In this document: positions 1 to 49,000 of the stretch, piece by piece | Numbering within the stretch: the first letter of the stretch is position 1 | Layout: each line of letters starts with the position of its first letter | Assembly (NCBI GenBank): GCA_040954595.2 | Contig: CM082597.2 | Location: 3,626,014 to 3,690,013, forward strand | Length of the DNA stretch: 64,000 nt | Source: Balanoglossus misakiensis | Lineage: Eukaryota; Animalia; Hemichordata | Direction of reading: 5' to 3' | The notes under the pieces: generated by a model | Database searches by the model: none | Seen by the model: the letters and a program-made list of their open reading frames with translations, nothing else | Told to the model about the DNA's origin: nothing | Position numbers and translations under genes: made by a program

Positions 1-236
1 TTGCGTTGGATCTGAAGACAAGACACATTCCACTCAACAGTTACACAAAACACATTTCATCACTTTCTCAGATTGCAGTTTACTGTAATATGTTCACCTG
101 CTTCGACAATTTCGACTTTACTATTATTATTTTTTGGGGGTCTCAGATGTCTTCGACATGTGGATAAGACATTGTTAACAATTGTCTTTCTAAGGTCCAC
201 TAACCCACGGAACCCACCAATGGATTAAACATTTAC

Positions 237-36651
<36,415 letters not shown>

Positions 36652-38562
36652 ATTGACAACAGACAAGTTTTCGCCAGCCCTGATAATCAAATACACGAGT
36701 TAAGATGAAATATATCAAAATTTAACCATCAATAGACAACCAAGGTATCACTGTCTATATCCTGGGTCATCCAGATCCACAGGACTGTCCCCATCATTGA
36801 TTCGCTTGTCAGTAAAATAATAATATATAAGTGATGTGCATATCGATATGTTAAATACATGATGCTTCAGGTGCTTAATCATGGCGTGGAACCATGATCC
36901 GATTCCGCCAAAGGAGAACAAATATCATGAGAGGATCTGAGAGAAGTTGTTTTCATTATACGTTGATGATGTGATTCGTTGCATCCTCATAACAACACAG
37001 CGCGCGCGACCCGCAAAATCGTATATAAAGCATCTTCTCCAATATACGCCGTGAAAACTACTTGTATAATTCAGAAACAACACGTAAAATAGCCACAGAT
37101 TTATCACTTACTATTGGAAAATTATGGTACTCTGACAAATTTCAACAATTTCCTCCGATGGATGTTTACAGCTCATCATAAAATGTCGTCTGTCATCTTC
37201 TGCTAGAACGCGTTACCCTCGAATTTCGAAATGTTATTCCGCAGAACTACATGATGTATATTTTATAAAACGACGTGTAGTTTGCATTTTTCACGAGAAG
37301 CAACACTTAACGAGTCGACCCTGTCTTGTAAACGGGATATTGTCTACAATTTAACGCCATTTTATTAGAAATGAACACAGAATTATGAAATTTACGAGAT
37401 CACTAAGGACGCTTTACTATGTTTGCAAATATATTACACCACGATGTGCAGCGCGAATCGTACGTTTGATGTGCATAGTTGAATATTATCAGCGAATCGT
37501 TGATTTTAACAGGCAATTTCAATACCGCTGTACCTTTATTTAAGTGAATTTGCCCACAGAGTTAAATTTACACCAAAATAATATCAAGAATCACGGCAGA
37601 CCACCCAAGTTTGTCTCCTAAAGGAAACGCAAAACTTATACTTCATTATGCAAATTATGCATGTAGGCCTATACGCATGCGCCAAAACTTAAAAGGCCAG
37701 CCACTTAGCTTAGTTGGGTATAACAATACGGTCATTGTGCTAACCATCGATTTCGACAAAGAAAAGGTGCCATAATCGGATCGTGTGTTTTTTTCCTTTA
37801 GTAAGCATAATAAAAATATGTAATAAAATATAGGAGCCAATGCGCTTGTTTTTGAAATACAAAGCCGCGAATTTAGTCGAGTATTGACGATAACTGCTGA
37901 GTTGGCATTTTTCGCCAGTGGTTTGTCTATGGGCGTCACGTTTAAATTAAAAAAATACACGAAGGAATGAACGAACATAAGAGTGAACGAAAGGATGAAT
38001 GAATGAATTGATGGATGAATGAATGAATGAAACACCAGTTGAGAGCGTCAGACTTATGTACAGCAGACATTGGATACTTCTTCTTTTATTTAAAATTCGA
38101 TGGGAGTTTCAAATAAAATGCGCATTACAGCAAATATAAAATTATAAAAAAGTACAGAACAAAACAAAATGCATTATTTTTCCAAAAGCTTCTACAAATT
38201 TACTATCTTTCTGTAATTCTTTGTCAAATGTATATATTATAATGTACTCGTTTCTGAAATACATATATTGGTACTTTCCTATTCCTTTCCCAATATTTAT
38301 TTTAAAAAATACCGTTTTCCTAACAAAATAAGCGGTTTCATCACTTATTGATCGAGATTTATGAAATCAGGATTTGTTAAAACTATATTTTCACTATATA
38401 TATTACAAATGATTCTTGAAATGTTTACCCAAAGACTTTTTGCAACTTGGCATTCCAAAACCTCATGTTACAAAGAATAAGATAACCAACAGATATTGTA
38501 AATCATATAGCGCGTATATATGTATGTGGCTTACTGTACTAGATAGAGATATACATGTACTC

Positions 38563-41327
38563 TTATGGACTAGATAGGGACTTTTTCAACATACATTTTA
38601 CCATCGACATGTCGAATTCTGTCACAACGTTGATATTTCTGTTCTGTTCTTGGTTTCCCTGCCAAGAAACAATCATTTGTCCTCTTGTTATAATTCCCTG
38701 TCTCTCAACTGCAGCCGAACACGAGTGCTTCTTTGTTATCACGCTGGTATCTAGGGCGATTGCCATGGCGACTTGGTCGCAGATAATGAAGCCTTCTTGG
38801 TCTCCTACTTCACCCTTTGCCTGAAACATATAGGGAAATACGCCTTTAAATAAAACTATTTTCACCAAAGAAGTCTACGTGCCAATGAAAGTGAAAACCT
38901 AAATTAAAGAAAGCCCAGTTAGGTTGTAGTGTTTTCTTCTGATTTCGTACCGGATTAATTACACAAATCCAAACTATCCTGGACAAGTTCTCATACACAG
39001 GTTATAAAAGACAGGTTATAAGAGAAGTCCTTCAAATTGTCAAACGATCATATACACTCTAAAAAAATCGTAGATCAGATTTTTTTTCTACCTTTCTTAG
39101 AATTATCACCGGTTTCAATTTAAACATAGGGCGAGAGGGTGAACATACTAACCCTCTCTGAGTTCCAATACCGCAGCAGATATTGCATTATCGCATTCAT
39201 GAATTTGCCTCGTTTAGTGGGCGTCTCTAGCCAAGCGTGTACCCATTCCTGGAAATAACACAACAAGTCTCTGAATAGACTCTCTCAGGGCCCACGGCCG
39301 TTCGCTACAACAAGGCTCTTCACTTACGCACCCTCAACCGTTTAGCAAAGGAGGAGCCCCACATATGGTGTTGTGTAGCGAACCTTAGCGAACCTCTCGC
39401 CGAGCACACATGCAATCAGACCATAGGCCAGCCCCATAGGCCTGCATGGACGGCGAGAGGGGCTGTTAGAGAGTCTAGTCTCTGAAGTACATGATGATGC
39501 CATAGGGATTTATTCAATGAAAGTGGAGATACTGATAGAAACTGAATAAGTCAGTCGTTTGTCAGGTCTTCTGTCTTATTCTTACCGATACGATTCTAAC
39601 CAGAACACTGGGGCTTCTCTGTCACGCTGACACCAGTGCGCATGTACAGTATAAATTACATGCATAAAATGCGCCCTCTTTTGGTGAAATCTTCCGTCCA
39701 CCTGACCTCTTACCTTGTCTTACTAAGACAGGGTAGGAGGTCAAAGCAGTAACAACTGGAGTTGATATACTATGATAATAAAATAATATCAGTAACCTTC
39801 CTGTTGAGGGTGGGTATATGTGATTGTGCTTACCCAATAAATTGGAGACCGGAAGACAGTTTCCCAACTGGTTATGTACATCGGACACTTGAACTCGCGC
39901 AATACTATATCTGCGGCCTCGGCATCCATGAAGAAGTTAAACTCAGCTGATTCTGTAATGTTGCCTCTGCCTGCCAAGTAATAGAACAGCACAGAATGGT
40001 TGGTTGGTTAATTGGGTGGGTGGGTTTTTCGTGCAGGTGGGTTAGGATTGGTGGGTAGTTAGTTAGGTAGGTTTACACATGTCATGACATCAATCTGGCA
40101 TGCGACAGGGGCTGTGGACACGCCAGAAATTCCATCCCAAAATCACCATTTCACACTCACTTAGATTTCTCCGTACTGGTGACCAACGAACCTGGGCCCC
40201 ACCACCCTCACCAGTTAAGGACACATAACATGATTGGCCAGGGTCTATGGATAGGCATATACGTGCGGTAAAACAATACGTAAAGGTGTCGTTTGCCGTT
40301 GTAAACCGTTTTTTTTTTTTACATCTGGCTTTGAGTTGAAGCCTACGACATAGTATTACATGCAAGACGCACGTCACATGCGAACAATTTGCATGAGCCT
40401 GCAGCTGGGACGTCAATGAAACCTCTGTTTGTTTGCCTGCTTAGTAAAACTGTACCCACCTTCCGTATTTCCTCCAAATATACTGAGCTTATCTATGGAT
40501 TTGTTAAAGCCGGGCCGAAGTCTCTCGGCAAGCGCCAGGTTTGTAAGCGGACCCAAACACACGACACTCACTTCACCCCGGTATTGGTCCACTATTTCTA
40601 GAAGCTTATTCACCGCATGGCCATCTGACACGTAGTCGTCGTAGTGTGTATTTTCACAGGCGACATCACCTAGACCATCTTTGCCGTGGAATTCTGTTCG
40701 CACTGGGTCGTCCCATTGTATGATAGGTCCCTGCGCTCCTCTGTATACTGGAATCTAAAGACAAACATTCCCCAGTGAAAAATTATCTTGGGCGCCTCGG
40801 GGATACATATTCAGAAAAATGAAAGTACTCCCAACCTTTTTTTTTCTTTGCTATATCAAAGGCCGACGACCGTCTTATGAACATGTGCGTAATTTCGTGT
40901 GTACAGACGTTTCGTCCACTCCTAATGTCCAGCAAATTTTGCGATTCGACGCATTCAAATTGTGGACTGCCTTCGCTTCCTTCCATATTTCATGCGTATT
41001 TTTTAAGCAGACATTAGTTTTGTCTCTTCTTTTTACCCAGTTTACTATCGTTTCCCGATCTCCGACACGGACTATGGTCGCCGCCCTTTAAAAGCAGTGG
41101 ATTGAAGGAGGGCGGGGTGGGGTGGGGAAGAACCTTACCTCGCCAAGTTTACCGCACACCTCCAAAACGCGGAGCACGTTTCGGCTGACCTGTTCCACGT
41201 CCACATTTCCCCACACGCACGTTATGGCGACGACCTCAATGTCGGGCTGTGACAGGGCCATCATGATAGCCTGGGCATCATCAATTCCTACGTCGCAGTC
41301 AATTACCAATCGCCGTTTATGATCCAT
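38563..41327 (-). CDS. Inosine-uridine preferring nucleoside hydrolase family protein (about 324 aa, 5 exons)
   Basis: N-terminal DxDxxxDD motif LVIDCDVGIDDAQAI, plus FHGKDGLGD, LGPLTNLALA, GNITESAEFNFFMDAEAA and C-terminal CDQVAMA..TRGQMIV. Exons 41139-41327, 40460-40754, 39834-39970, 39153-39248, 38563-38820; all GT-AG with consistent phases; stop TAA at 38563-38565. Confidence 0.93.
39276..39477. mobile_element. 202-bp MITE with 10-bp TIR and perfect 9-bp TSD
   Basis: TIR TAGACTCTCT / AGAGAGTCTA; GTCTCTGAA at 39267-39275 and 39478-39486. Confidence 0.85.
40079..40200 (+). repeat. Dispersed repeat, second copy 41867-41985
   Basis: ATGTCATGACATCAATCTG..ACGCCAGAAATTCCATCC..TACTGGTGAC.AACGAACCTGG in both. 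Confidence 0.75.
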
Positions 41328-43445
41328 GTTTACAGACACTCTGTTGACCTACTAACCAGTGTATCACTTCTTTCGTACATGGAGGGTCTATATACTGCTC
41401 CAGTTTGACATTTTTTCATTATATTTTATTGTTCCTGCCTGTTTTCATGACGTCAGAAGATTTACAAGACAAAGCAGCTGAAGTGGGACGAATCCCTGTC
41501 ATTGTCTGTGAATATGTTTCTGCCTCTACGTGTTTGAACATGTCATGGCGCATATGATTTCAATGACATCCCCAAGTTCCCGACCCTGTGATCTCGCGTA
41601 TCTGACTGAAGAGTTTACTATTATAGAAATGAATTTTGCTATGGTACAAGTCGGTCAGTTTTGACATAAATATCACGTAATTATTCTCAACACACAAAAA
41701 TTGTGCCGTAGAAGCATTCACGTAATAAGTCCTAACGCAGGAGTTAGAGAGTGGAATTGGAGATTTAAGAGTTTAACCTGCTGTTTTTAATACGTCGTAT
41801 TTTGCTTCTTTGTATATTCCGGAACCTTGTTACATAAGAGATAGCTAGGCTTTTATATTCAACACAATGTCATGACATCAATCTGACGTTGGATAGGGTC
41901 TGTTGGAACGCCAGAAATTCCATCCAAAATCACCAATTAACACCATCATAAATATTTTCCATACTGGTGACAAACGAACCTGGCGCCACATATTTTAGTA
42001 ATACAATTGGAGCTATGAATGGGTCAGTTCATATGAGCAGCTCCTGAAAAATATACTTCTTCTTTCAGGGACAACCAAGTTCATACATATATTTCAGTTA
42101 TACCCATGAAAGACAGGCACAAAGACCAAGTGTTTATGTCATGTGTAGCGAAAGCATATGTTTACAATAGGCCGTACACCTTTCCCTGTAACGTACCGCA
42201 GCCAGCGTTGGGATGGGGCAGGGTACCAGACAAGATGGCCGCATGAGGGCGCTAGACTTTGGAAAAGGGCGTGTCGTTCACACATTCTAAACTATAGTAA
42301 AGTATGTAAAAATGATAATGCTGGAAATCAGGTCCTTTTAATGCTTTTAATTCAAATTGGTTGCGCTACAGTAAAATAATAGTCAAGTTGAACATTTACC
42401 AGAACCATCTCGTGTACATTATTGGGATTACTTACATAAAAGGAAACTGGGACGGTGGACATTTTATGTACAAGCAGAGAAAGAAACAAACAAAGAAAGA
42501 AATTCATTTCAACATGAAGGCAGTTTTGTATGCTATCACCTGCAGGATCCTCATAGCACCCTTTTCCGCTGAACATACCCAGGGAAATTTACGATAGCAA
42601 AACTAGAATGGCAAGTTAGTGCTGTGATACTTACTGGGATGCGGTCCAATGCTGATAGTGGTGATGGCCTATGTGAAACATTCAACCGCGTCCATTTGTG
42701 TGTGAAGAAGACACATGTATAACATTGCGAGCCTTCTTCTATCACGTTTTAAGAAGAGTAAAAAAATTACATCATGTCGGAAATGAAATCTACGAACAAT
42801 TTACAATATGCCATCCCAAATAAAGTACTATGCAAGAAAAACTTTTCAGGCTCTATGGAATATATCTCTCTGGGGTAAACTTGAGTGCTTCCGAACATCT
42901 GTAAACAATTGTCACATTTAGCCATATTATCTTTCAGCAGAAAATCCACTTAAAATATGGGTGAAAACTTAACTTTTCAAAAAATATCTGCAATTTAAAA
43001 ACAAAAAAGGCAATGCAGATTTCAGCTCATAAACTTGAAATCTGAATAAAAAGAAAGTCTTTGCATCAAAATATAATGCTTGGAGTATAATGCTGACCAA
43101 ATGAAGCACACACAGGTATATGTTGAATCTCTATTTACATATTGGAGTGATCTTTGTATTCTAACTGTACGACTAGACACTATAACCTGTGCAATACCTT
43201 GTAGAAAAATTCAGAGCTCTGTGATAGTCCAAGTCTTCTAAAGACACTGTCGCAAATTTACATTAAAAAGATATACAGTATACAAAAATGTTTGTTCTGG
43301 TTCCACCTTTGTTATGCAATTGAAATCTGTTCGAACTTTTTTTCTATTCTCGATAAAAAAAAAACATGTAAATTCTGTGACTTAATATTCTCACTGTTGA
43401 GTCTTTCGCAAGAAGTGCTTCATTTTTGGCAAATTATGAGATTGT

Positions 43446-46090
43446 CTAGGTTATGATAGATTTTGACTGAGTTGGTGAGAGTTGATTGTTTTCTACGGAG
43501 GAACTGTAATGTTCATTATGTTCAATGTTCCCATACTCTGTACTTTGATTGATGTCATAATCTGCAGCTGTCTCACCCTGACTGATTGAATCGTCCTGCA
43601 GGTTATCGTATTGCGAGATCACTGTCATGACACTTAGACGCGAGTCCCCTAGCGGAAGGTCATCGGGAGTGTGCCCTGAAGGGGGTATCTCAGTCAGACT
43701 TCCCTCTCTCGGAAAACCGCCCCTCTCAGCCTCTTGAGTGAAGACACTGCCCTCGTCATACGGATCAGCGTTCTCGTAGTACGATGGGGACCTCGGCTCT
43801 TGACTAGTCTCGGAATCAAAGTCGCTGTCCCGCCTCCATCGCTCCAGCCCTGGTTCTTTGTGACCTTCGTACTTCGCCAAGTCGTCGTGGTGTGTGCTGA
43901 GCTTGGCTGCGACACACTTCATTTTCTCGTCGCTCTCCGCATAGGCTACGTCCGTGGGGCTCGGGTTGCGTCCTTGACTGCCCCGCCGTTCCGATCGTCG
44001 CCTGGGCGAGGACGGGCTGATTGGGATCTTCCTGGGCGACGTCTGGGGCTTCTCTGCCAATCCTGTACTACTGCTGCTTGAACTCCTTGGGCTTGTCGGT
44101 GAAGTGGGACCCGGAAGTACCAGTGGTCTGACCGGACTAGATGGGCTCCTCGGCGAGACAGGGCTGACCGAGCTAGACGTGCTTCTCGAACTGACCGAGC
44201 TGGAGCTCCCACTCGCGTAGCTGATCTCCAGGGTTGTCGGGAAGGTGTACGACGCGCTGCTGACCACTGACGACGGGGAGAGCACGCTGGAATCCCGTTT
44301 CCGATCGCCGAACGTGAAGACGTTCGTAGTACTGAACCTGGGGAAGGGTCCCGGGCTGTGCAGCGAGGGAGGGCTGGGCAGGGGCGGCGGGGTCTGCAAC
44401 TCGGGCGACGTCGAACTCGGTGACGACAGGGGAGGGGAGGTCGGTGACAGAGATGGCGACAGGCTATCTCCATGTGGAGAGGAAGGAACCCTGTATTGGT
44501 AGAGAACGGTAGGGCCTGGTACTGTCATGCTCGCTGTGTCCTCAGATTTGAGACTGTGTGATGGCAGTGTAAATTCTGGTTTATTATCAAGGGGTGTCCG
44601 ACTGACAGATGATAACTCTCCCACACTACTCTGACTGACAGACGACGCTGGTACTCCTTCAACGGACAACTCTGCCAGACTCGCTTCTGTGACTGACAAC
44701 TCTGGGAGAGACCTCGGGCAGGTATTTGATTCGGAGGCAAAACTTCGGTTGATCGAAGGCTCTGAATCTTCCTCCTGGCTGACTGGTGGCTCTGGTACAC
44801 AAGTCTTATCCGGAGTCGATTTTCGCACACTCTGACTGACCAGCTCTCTTTCCTCTGTTATGGTCTCCACACTCTCTCTCGATCCGGAAACGGGATTCAC
44901 GGTTGCCCGGATGCCGTTCTGGGGATGAACTGTGACTGTACTGTACGTTGGATTCTCGTATGATCGACTGGCGTTATCCGACAGCATGACTACAGTGCTG
45001 TATGTCTGGTTAGAGAGTGCCTGCGCAGGGCTCTCAAAGAACACTGGACTTACATGCTCTGGCTGGGGACTAGGGGTACCGTCATCACTGTTGGAATACA
45101 CCGGACTCATAGTTCCTTGCCGCAGATACTTATCGCGCATGGAATCAAACTGTGACATTACAGTCTCCAAGTCAAACGGATTGTCAGCTGTGGGTGTTTT
45201 GAGGATCTCATCATCATTCCCCTCATAGTCGCGCAATGAGACATTAGACTCCAAAGTACTGTATGGAGTGAGTCTGAAATTATCCTCAGTCGCTAGAGTC
45301 ACTCTCTCACGGTCAGGCAATCTGTATATGCGGTTGCCAAAATTGTAGGGAGGGATTCTCAGGTTCAGTGTTACTGTCTCATGATTGCTAGGCTCTGTTT
45401 TTGTTATCAAAGGCACTTTTTGTTCCTCTGGTGTGTTCCTTTGATCTATGTGCTTCGAGTTCCTCTCACTCTGTGGTACAGAGTCAGCTTCTGTTATGTC
45501 CGGTGGTGTCCCTACTTGGGCACTTCTTCTCTCCTTAGGTTGTATCACTTTTTGATCGCCTTCAGATTGGGCATTGTCCTCTATAACTACTGATACTCTT
45601 TGCTGCCCGTTTCTGGCCTCGGGGCTACTACTCGATGATTGCGATGAGACAGATGAGCGATTGCTTTGAGATGGGGAGTGGTTCGACATCTTCATCATCC
45701 CTGGCAGTGCTTTGGAGCTCTGGTCAAACCAGACGCTGTACCTCTCTCTTGGTGTCCCACTCTTCCCTTTCATTCCGGCGTAAGCAGCGTCGCTGCTGGT
45801 GCTTCCGGACTGGATGGGAGTGTCCGAGTGCCTCATCCTCTTCTTCCGGAACTCCACCTCCCCAAGCATGAAGTCGACACTAATCCCAACCGGGGGATTC
45901 TCTGAATAGGATCTCTGCCGCTGAGGGCCCAACACTCTCCGAGACGGTTTGGCAAACATGCTCTCTGGAGGTGTTGCCATGGCATTGGTTGCCATGGCTG
46001 CTAGTGCACTTTCTCCTTCAAAGAAGGAATTGTGGGAAGTTGCTTTTGGCAGAGAGCTTTGAGAGCTTCTCCTTGGAGAAACTTCCGAAT
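43446..46090 (-). CDS. ARHGAP32: Large terminal coding exon of the RhoGAP gene (low-complexity Ser/Pro-rich tail)
   Basis: Open frame of about 880 codons after acceptor TTTTTTTCAG, phase 1 matching the donor at 46474; stop TAG 43446-43448. Confidence 0.88.
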
Positions 46091-49000
46091 CTGAAAAAAA
46101 AGCGAAGGCGAGGTTACTATCAATTGAAATGTCCGTTTCACACAGCTTTGACAACATGAATAAATGATAATATTTTGAACTGAATTCGAACCAAGACCTA
46201 CCGTGCACCACATCACGTAGCAAGCAAGTCCACGCACAAGACCTTTATGCCAAATCCACAAATAAACTAGTACAGTATAACCTGTCTAAACCAAACACCC
46301 AAGAGACTGAAGAAATTGTTCAGTTTGCAGAGGTGTCCAGCTTACATGGATTCTTTCAACATGTGGTTCTATGTCAAAGGGATGGGGAAAATGTATTCAG
46401 TACAGAAAGGTTGACAGATTAGACAGGGTTCGGTTTAGACAGGTTTCACCGTAGCTCAATGAGAATAAGCTCACCTGGATAAATCAGAGATGAACCCGCA
46501 CCTTCTGATGTATCACTCCCTGACATCAAAGACTCAGCACTCCGCACCGATCGTAAACTGTTCTTCTTTTCGGCGCTGGTGAGCTCCTTTTCTGGTGGCA
46601 CACTTGCTTTGCGCTGTAGTTTGCGCTTGCCGTCATAGCCTTGTCTTGGCCGGAAGAATGCCTTCCAGCCGCTTGGGGATTTCTTAGTTTTCCCCGTCAA
46701 GTTCTTCTTCCTGTGTATAGAGTACATTAGGTTAGCATTTTGTGAACACAGAAGTTTCGGATAGCATAGTTCAGTGGTGATTATTAACTATTAATGTGTG
46801 TGTGTATGGGTGTGGGTAAGGGAAGGGTAGGGAGGGAGAGACAGAAGACAGACAGGGAGAGAGAGAGCAAGAGAGAGACAGACAGAGTAAGGGAGGGAGA
46901 GAGAAATGAAGACAGACACAAGTAGAACAAAGATGGGGAAGAGATGACATTAGGAAGAGCAGGAGAGAGACAGGGGGCCCAAATTGCTGTCACATAGATC
47001 ACTCACCTGTCGTATGGCAAATCGATGACTGTATGATACTGTTTTGGCAGAGCAGCGGGCCCACCGCCAACTTCAATAAACTTTTGTCTGTCTGACACTG
47101 GTATTTCCTGCACGGATTGCACACCGCTGCGAGCCCTTGCTTCTTCCAAAGACAGCAACTTGGTGGGAGTTGACAGGATCAAGGATTTTGGACGAGCTCT
47201 TCGAATAGCTGGAGTTAACATACCTAGGACATGAAAAGTTTTGAAATGAATTTTGCATGCAGTTCTTTTGGCAAGGCTCACTGGTTTAGTCTGCTGTTTG
47301 CCACGGTTAGTGATATTACTCTACTGATAGGCCCCAATTTAAATCATCATACTGACTACACTTCCAACCGGTAGACGATTCTTGAGACATTCAAACCTTA
47401 CTACGTTTCATAGTTACCTGGAAAGTCTGGCCGTTCGTTGTTGGTTAACTTGGATTGTACTTTATCACTGAATATCATATGAACATTGCGAATGAGGTAT
47501 TCCACTACGATTGACTGGACGCGGATCTCCATGAACGCAGCCAGTCCCGTCTCAATCTCCCGTGACCTGAAACGACATGGTAGCATAGAGGTCAGCTGAT
47601 CAATCTGAACCAATCAGAGTGAAACGACATGGTAGCATAGAGGTCAGCTGATCAATCTGAACCAATCAGAGTGAAACGACATGGTAGCATAGAGGTCAGC
47701 TGATCAATCTGCACCAATCAGAGTGAAATGACGTGGTAGCATAGAGGTCAGCTGATCAATCTGCACCAATCAGAGTGAAATGACGTGGTAGCATAGAGGT
47801 CAGCTGATCAATCTGAACCAATCAGAGTGAAACGACATGGTAGCATAAAGGTCAGCTGATCAATCTGAACCAATCAGAGTGAAATGACATGGTAGCATAA
47901 AGGTCAGCTGATCAATCTGAACCAATGACATGGTAGCATAGAGGTCAGCTGATCAATCTGAACCAATCAGAGTGCTTGTAAGAGCTGCCACTGTTCAGTG
48001 GGGATCTATGTCAGGACGGGTAAGGGTGTTCAGTATAGACAAGTTTTACTGTACAAAGGTATCTACACAATAAATAGTACGTATGTGAAAACGACGTTTC
48101 AGATTAATAATGTTCATGGCAGACTACATGCATTTCTCTATTTCTACATTGTGCATGCATTCTGCTTGTTGGGAAACCTAACTACATTCACATACTTGCT
48201 TTTCTTAAATGCCATACTGGCTGTCTCGATCTGTCGGGATCTGAAACAGAACAAGAGAAATCCAAAAGGATTCAGTTATGAACTATTCACGGCGCTTTCA
48301 TACCATACTTTCTGGGTTCATGAACTAAAAAAGTAACTCGTAATTTCAAGAATTTACTTTAATTGATTGAGGTAATTTTTTTTCACAAAAACATTTGGGA
48401 CATCAAACATAATGTCCTTCATTCACTGTGCAGCTACATGCATTGTGGAAGGTAAACAAAGTTTCGGAGCACCTTAGTACGTAAAATCTGTACAATAATA
48501 TTAAGAACTTTTTGTTAAATTTGGTATAACATGAAGGCAAGTTAATTTTCCTGGGTATTTTCATTGTCGAGTTTTACAGAACTTTGCAGGATATGGCTCT
48601 GTAATTATGCATGGCATTTTAGGACTTCATGTATGAACCCAGAAAGTTAGGTACTAATCGCAATTGTCTGATGTCCGGAACCTGATGACATTTCCCTCTG
48701 TGATTGGTAGATGAAGTCACATGTGTTGGATTGACACACTTGATTGGTGGGTGACAGTGATCATGTGACATGCACATGCTATCGGTGCTGTTGAAAAAAT
48801 ACCATGCATGCTAAAGACACACAAGGGTTGGATAGATGGAAGCTGTGTATGTGTTCAGTGTAATCATTACAGTGTGCTAGTATATTTTATTGTGGGAGTG
48901 TCTCGCAACATCTAAACCATCTACAGTACAGTGCAAGCTGCTGTGAGGCAAAACAAAAGTGTATTATTATAAAAACAATAAGGGCATTTCATGCTTGGAT

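Noticed and set aside
43694-45905. Overlapping alternate-frame and antisense ORFs in the large RhoGAP exon (e.g. 43946-44473, 175 aa Arg-rich)
   Set aside because: Expected shadows of a GC-rich Ser/Pro-coding exon; no recognisable domain
46091-46223. 925-aa ORF as an independent single-exon gene
   Set aside because: Its first 44 codons are intronic; a good in-phase acceptor at 46091-46092 joins it to the upstream RhoGAP exons
47569-47974. Repeat array as a CRISPR locus
   Set aside because: Units are contiguous with no unique spacers, there are no cas genes, and the context is a eukaryotic intron
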